Shown here piece after piece: positions 38,336-42,765 of a DNA stretch of 42,765 nucleotides. Position 1 is the stretch's first letter. Every line of letters begins with the position of its first letter. The position numbers were made by a program, and so were the translations under genes. This DNA comes from Squatina squatina (lineage: Eukaryota), in contig JARFOE010000194.1 of assembly GCA_031763465.1 (NCBI GenBank), positions 7,169,351 to 7,212,115 on the forward strand, in the 5' to 3' direction. The notes beneath the pieces are model-generated. The model was not told where the DNA came from. It saw nothing but the letters and a program-made list of their open reading frames with translations, and did not search any database.

Positions 38336-39314
38336 GAGCAGGTAAGATGTGATAGTGCCAGTGCAGTTGCAGTTTCAGTACAAGCAGCTGGTGCTACATC
38401 AATCATATCTAGTTTTTCCCAATAGGAGAGGTCTTTGTCCCAAGTTTTTATGTCAGAGGTACCAGAATCAGCAGCAGCTGCATTGTTGACATCAGCACTA
38501 CTTCCATCTTGGATTTCTTTTCTTCTCTCCATGATGGAAAATCTCTGCTAGTCACAATGTGTAACAAAATCAAAAACACAGTTAGAAAGTTAAGTGTTTA
38601 CATTTTTTCTACATATACCACACACTGAAAATCTTTCCCATGTGGGACCTGGAGACTCTAATTGTCTTGGTTGTGTATATTACGTTACTCATGGTGCTTG
38701 CAGTATAACCCAATGAGGAAGAACTACAAATTCCAAGGATATTTTTAAATCAAGACTTTTATCCAGCAATTTTTTCACATCAGTTTTATTACCAGATCAG
38801 TAACCAACAGTATTCATTTTATATTATATAAGCACAAGGTTGATTTAAAACACTAGATCCAACATGATTTGTTCAAATTTTTTTTTTACAGCAAATGTTT
38901 CACTATTTAAGTGTGTGCCATCACCTATTGCTAAACCTGCTAGCACAAGTTACTNNNNNNNNNNNNNNNNNNNNNNNTATGCCTTTCTGTGCTGATTGGT
39001 GACCTTATGCATGATTAAACCATCATTAGCTCTATCAAGCAGTTCAGACATTAACATGAGCTTTGCGCACAGTTCAAACAAAACACTGATTTGTTTATCT
39101 ATCGGCACATTACAGATGACAACAGATTTACATTGTCTGTGTACCAGTGTAGAAATAAAATGACAATATAATTACATCTGTAAAATTACAATTGACAATA
39201 TAAAACTTTTAAATGTTACAGCTTGAAAATGTGCACACTGAAAATACAGTCACAGAGGCACTTGAGAAAAGAAAACACCACAAAGGGATAAGGCACAAAG
39301 ACTAAACTCACAGT

Positions 39315-39701
39315 GGGGGGAATTTGTACTTGCTGATGCACTGGGAGCTGGCGGGGGGTGGGGGGTGGAGGTATTGGTCCAGTCGCACACGGGAAACCCG
39401 GAAGTAAGTGCAGCGTGTCTGTCAGTGTTTTTTTTTAACCCAGCCGCTGCATTAACATGTTATTTCCAGGTTTCCCGAGCGGGCGTGATGGCAACCCGTG
39501 TGACACGATTTCAACTCCACTCTTTAAAGGGACACTCCAAAGCTGCATGTTGAAGCAGCTGGAGGTTAGAAGGAGAGAAGAACAAGGCTTGCCACGGAAG
39601 GTGAAGGTCAAAGGCTGCTCCCTGCTTCAGCAACCCCTCTCTGGGTGTGCTGCTGGGGGCAGTGAAGACTCGGAGGGACGTTCTGTTCCCTAACAAAGAA
39701 G
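39315..39701 (+). mobile_element. Harbinger end with N-terminus of a Myb/SANT-like protein
   Basis: KAAPCFSNPSLGVLLGAVKTRRDVLFP resembles the start of Myb/SANT-like Harbinger proteins; preceded by a GGGGGGAATTT-type terminus. Confidence 0.55.
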
Positions 39702-40263
39702 NNNNNNNNNNNNNNNNNNNNNNNNNNNNNNNNNNNNNNNNNNNNNNNNNNNNNNNNNNNNNNNNNNNNNNNNNNNNNNNNNNNNNNNNNNNNNNNNNNN
39801 NATTTGATATAATATCAAAATACATTTTAAAGTTCCATCCATCTACTTTACCCCAATAATGAAACTTAGTCCAAACCTTCTCACTGCCTGTAATGAAGAT
39901 GTGGAGATAATTGTAGCAATTAATAAATGAGACATGCGCTGTTGCCTTATTAAATTGGCATAACTAGACACAACAATCTAAACAGCACATCACCATCAAC
40001 AGAAACAACAACCGCACTGTTTGGACTATATAACAGCCTCTTAATCTGATCCATAGAAGTCACAGCTTTTGTTACTGACTCCTCTGGCCACTATGGAGAA
40101 GCCTGCTTTCCACTCTGTGTAATGGCAATAAACCTGCACAAATGCTCCATATTGGAACTCTGATTAAATTAGCAATTTTCTGCTCTATAAGGCCTAATCT
40201 GAATCCATTCACACTTCAGCGAGTGTTTACCTGCTGATGGAGATAATAAAATTATTGCTCTTA

Positions 40264-40470
<207 letters not shown>

Positions 40471-41174
40471 TCAGGGCAATCTTCCCAAAAGAAAATCTAA
40501 GAGCACGTGGTCCAGGGAACCTGGAGGGATTCTGCAGGGAACAACATCGGTGACAACTGCAGTGCAGGTAATGGCTGCAAACAACTGTGACGTTGGGATT
40601 CAGAAAGCTCAAAGATGCCTAGTGGTCTGTATTTGGATAGCATTAGGAAGAAATGCCCTCCAGTAGTAACATGCAGGGAGAAACACAGGCACACCCAGCT
40701 GCCATCATGTAGCATTACTGGTGCCACCTCCAAAATAAATGAGTCTAAAGCAATGGAGATGGTTGGCACTGATGCAGGTACATCAAGGATAGTTACTGAC
40801 ACACATAGGAGTGTTTCCCTGCAGTCCATCCACCAGCAATATTCCCTCAACTTGAGAAGGAATTTACAGTGGGTGATATCTACAATCAACACAGAAGAAC
40901 TAATTCTGTGCAGCACAGCTCACCTCCAGCAGCATTCATGGAATCAAGAATGTCGGCCTCAGCTGGCTTTGCACTCAATTCTGAATTCTGTCGGACTGAA
41001 AGATTCTGAAGCAGAGTTCTGTCTCTGGCTGCATTGCACACTACAAATTTGTGCAATTAATATAAATTAGGTAATTTGTAGTCTAGCATTTGATTAGCTG
41101 AAACTGGGCACTGGGAAGCCTTCAAGCTGTTTATTGAAGGACTCCATCTAAAGCTTGGTTGTTAGTTTAGTGAT

Positions 41175-41270
41175 ACAGAAGCAAAATTACTGTGGATGCT
41201 GGAATCTAGAATACAAACAAAAAATGCTGGAAAAGCTCAGCAGGTCAGGCAGCATCTGTGGAGAGAAAAA
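41175..41270 (+). repeat. Interspersed repeat, possibly a Penelope-like element terminus; related pieces at 15840-15950 and 5260-5325
   Basis: tactgtggatgctggaatc..aaaatgctggaaaagctcagcaggtcaggcagcatctgtggagaga. Confidence 0.5.
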
Positions 41271-41449
41271 NNNNNNNNNNNNNNNNNNNNNNNNNNNNNN
41301 NNNNNNNNNNNNNNNNNNNNNNNNNNNNNNNNNNNNNNNNNNNNNNNNNNNNNNNNNNNNNNNNNNNNNNTTTAAAGGGTTTCTGGTCTTCCCAAGGTTC
41401 ACAGACAACAGATGGTACTCATGCTGCTTTGTGAGCCACTACATTTAAC

Positions 41450-42010
41450 CATTTCAGATTTCTCAACAGAACGGGCTTCCATTCCCTGAATGTACAGATT
41501 GTGTGGGAAAACATGCAAGAATTCTACATGTCAATGCAAGATTTGCTGGAAGTTGTCGCAATGTATTAAATCCCTTGGAATTTAGCACTCTCTGAGTGTT
41601 TCAAGGAAGAAAATCATGTCAATGAATAGCTTGTGGGTGACAATGTGTACTCCATGCTCCCATAGAAAATGACTCCAATAAGAATTGCACAAACAGCAAC
41701 AAAGGAGCACTACAATTGAGGCACATGCCTACACCACAATGTTTATTGAAAAGACCATCGTGTTCTTCAGGTCCTTAAGGATGGCCTTCACATCCTTGCA
41801 GGTTGTGAAAGGGCCACCAGTTAGCTCCAACTTGTGTATCCCTCACAGCTGTAGTCATCGGTGCTATGCACAACTTTGGCGTGCCTGGACTTGAGTCTGG
41901 ATTACTGCTTTGGAGGCAGACATACATGGAAGAAAGCATCACGAGGCCACCATGACTGCTGCAAGGGTCATTAGAGTACAACTGATCAATGAAGTCTTCT
42001 CTTCTGTTTA
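41450..42010 (+). mobile_element. Second, more decayed Harbinger transposase fragment
   Basis: Across frameshifts: LNRTGFHSLNVQIV, ILHVNARFAGS, LVGDNVY, EAHAYTTMFIEKTI, VVIGAMHNF, AARVIRVQLINEVF*. Confidence 0.75.
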
Positions 42011-42629
42011 ACACTGTCTAACTTACCCACCTTCAAATAAAGGACTAGTCCTTCAATCCATATCCATCCTAAAACATTATAACGCATCAGCCCCCTTTGT
42101 TACAACATGAACATGCCAATAATGCAGCCTTGCAAGCAGCAGCGAACTATCTGACTCTACAAATGGCCCCGTCCCCAAGACTGGGGAAGGGTTTTTTTGG
42201 CCTGGGGCAAAGGCAAGTGGGGCGTTCACTCTGCTGGATTTATGCTGACGGATGGGCCCCCAGGAATTTCTGGGTCCCTATTCACTATCCCTAATCCTGT
42301 GGAGTACTTTGGAGTAAAGTACATTATCAGTTGTTACCATCCATTTTCCTCACCTCAAACACCTCATGATCCAATGTCTCCACAACGACTGTGTCTTGCA
42401 TTTGATCAATCCGGATTACAGGCTTTTGCAGCTTTACACAGTCTCCAAGGTGGCTCATCAATCGTTCACAGACCTGACCAGAACCACCAACAAACTTTCT
42501 CTCCTAGAAATGCAAAATATGTATTAATGGACATTTGAAAACTACTGATCACTAAAATCGTTCATTAACTATGGCTCATTCACACTCATGAAAGAGACAT
42601 TTAAGACTTCAAAAAGCATAGATCAAAGA

Positions 42630-42765
42630 AAAAAAGACTTGCATTTATATAGTGTCTTTCACAACCTCATGGCGTCCCAAAGCACTTTTCAGCCAATATA
42701 GTACTTTTGAAGCATAGTTAATGTTGTAATGTAGGAAACATTGCAGCCAATTTGCACACAGCAAG
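42630..42765 (-). mobile_element. Deu-domain SINE 3' tail
   Basis: Reverse complement of the tail seen at 21620-21760. Confidence 0.8.

Noticed and set aside
38326-38532. 68-aa ORF MERRKEIQDGSSADV... with a possible upstream acceptor
   Set aside because: No recognisable family or donor, and the stop lies in an L2 tail; cannot be supported without a search.
40497-41070. Overlapping 139-aa and 151-aa ORFs as host genes
   Set aside because: No convincing domain; at most a decayed transposase piece.
41175-41270. Hammerhead ribozyme in the Penelope-like repeat
   Set aside because: No CTGATGA...GAAA core with stems is visible; the repeat is cut by a gap.

Overview
Vertebrate genomic DNA, not prokaryotic. 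The repeat content (CR1, L2 and RTE LINEs, Deu-domain SINEs, Harbinger elements) suggests a cartilaginous fish. The assembly is heavily fragmented, with many 100-N placeholder gaps. The main gene is CASK on the minus strand. I recognised coding exons 1, 2, 5, 8, 10, 14, a 5'-truncated 15 and the 69-nt alternative exon 19 (human numbering from memory); the other exons are absent and probably fall in gaps. Two GPCR genes lie antisense inside CASK, after exon 5: GPR34 (cut by a gap) and a complete ~331-aa receptor at the GPR82 position whose motifs mix GPR82 and GPR34/P2Y-like features. Upstream of CASK exon 1 I found only transposon remains, including a two-gene PIF/Harbinger element. Best leads: (i) the atypical GPR82-like receptor, possibly a third paralog; (ii) a candidate internal CASK first exon (MYHA-G) that would give a CaMK-less isoform; (iii) a 178-bp, 96%-identical inverted repeat between the two GPCRs; (iv) CASK exon 15 fused to a CR1 fragment. 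I see no convincing wholly new biological system. All identifications are by eye and memory, and repeat boundaries are approximate.
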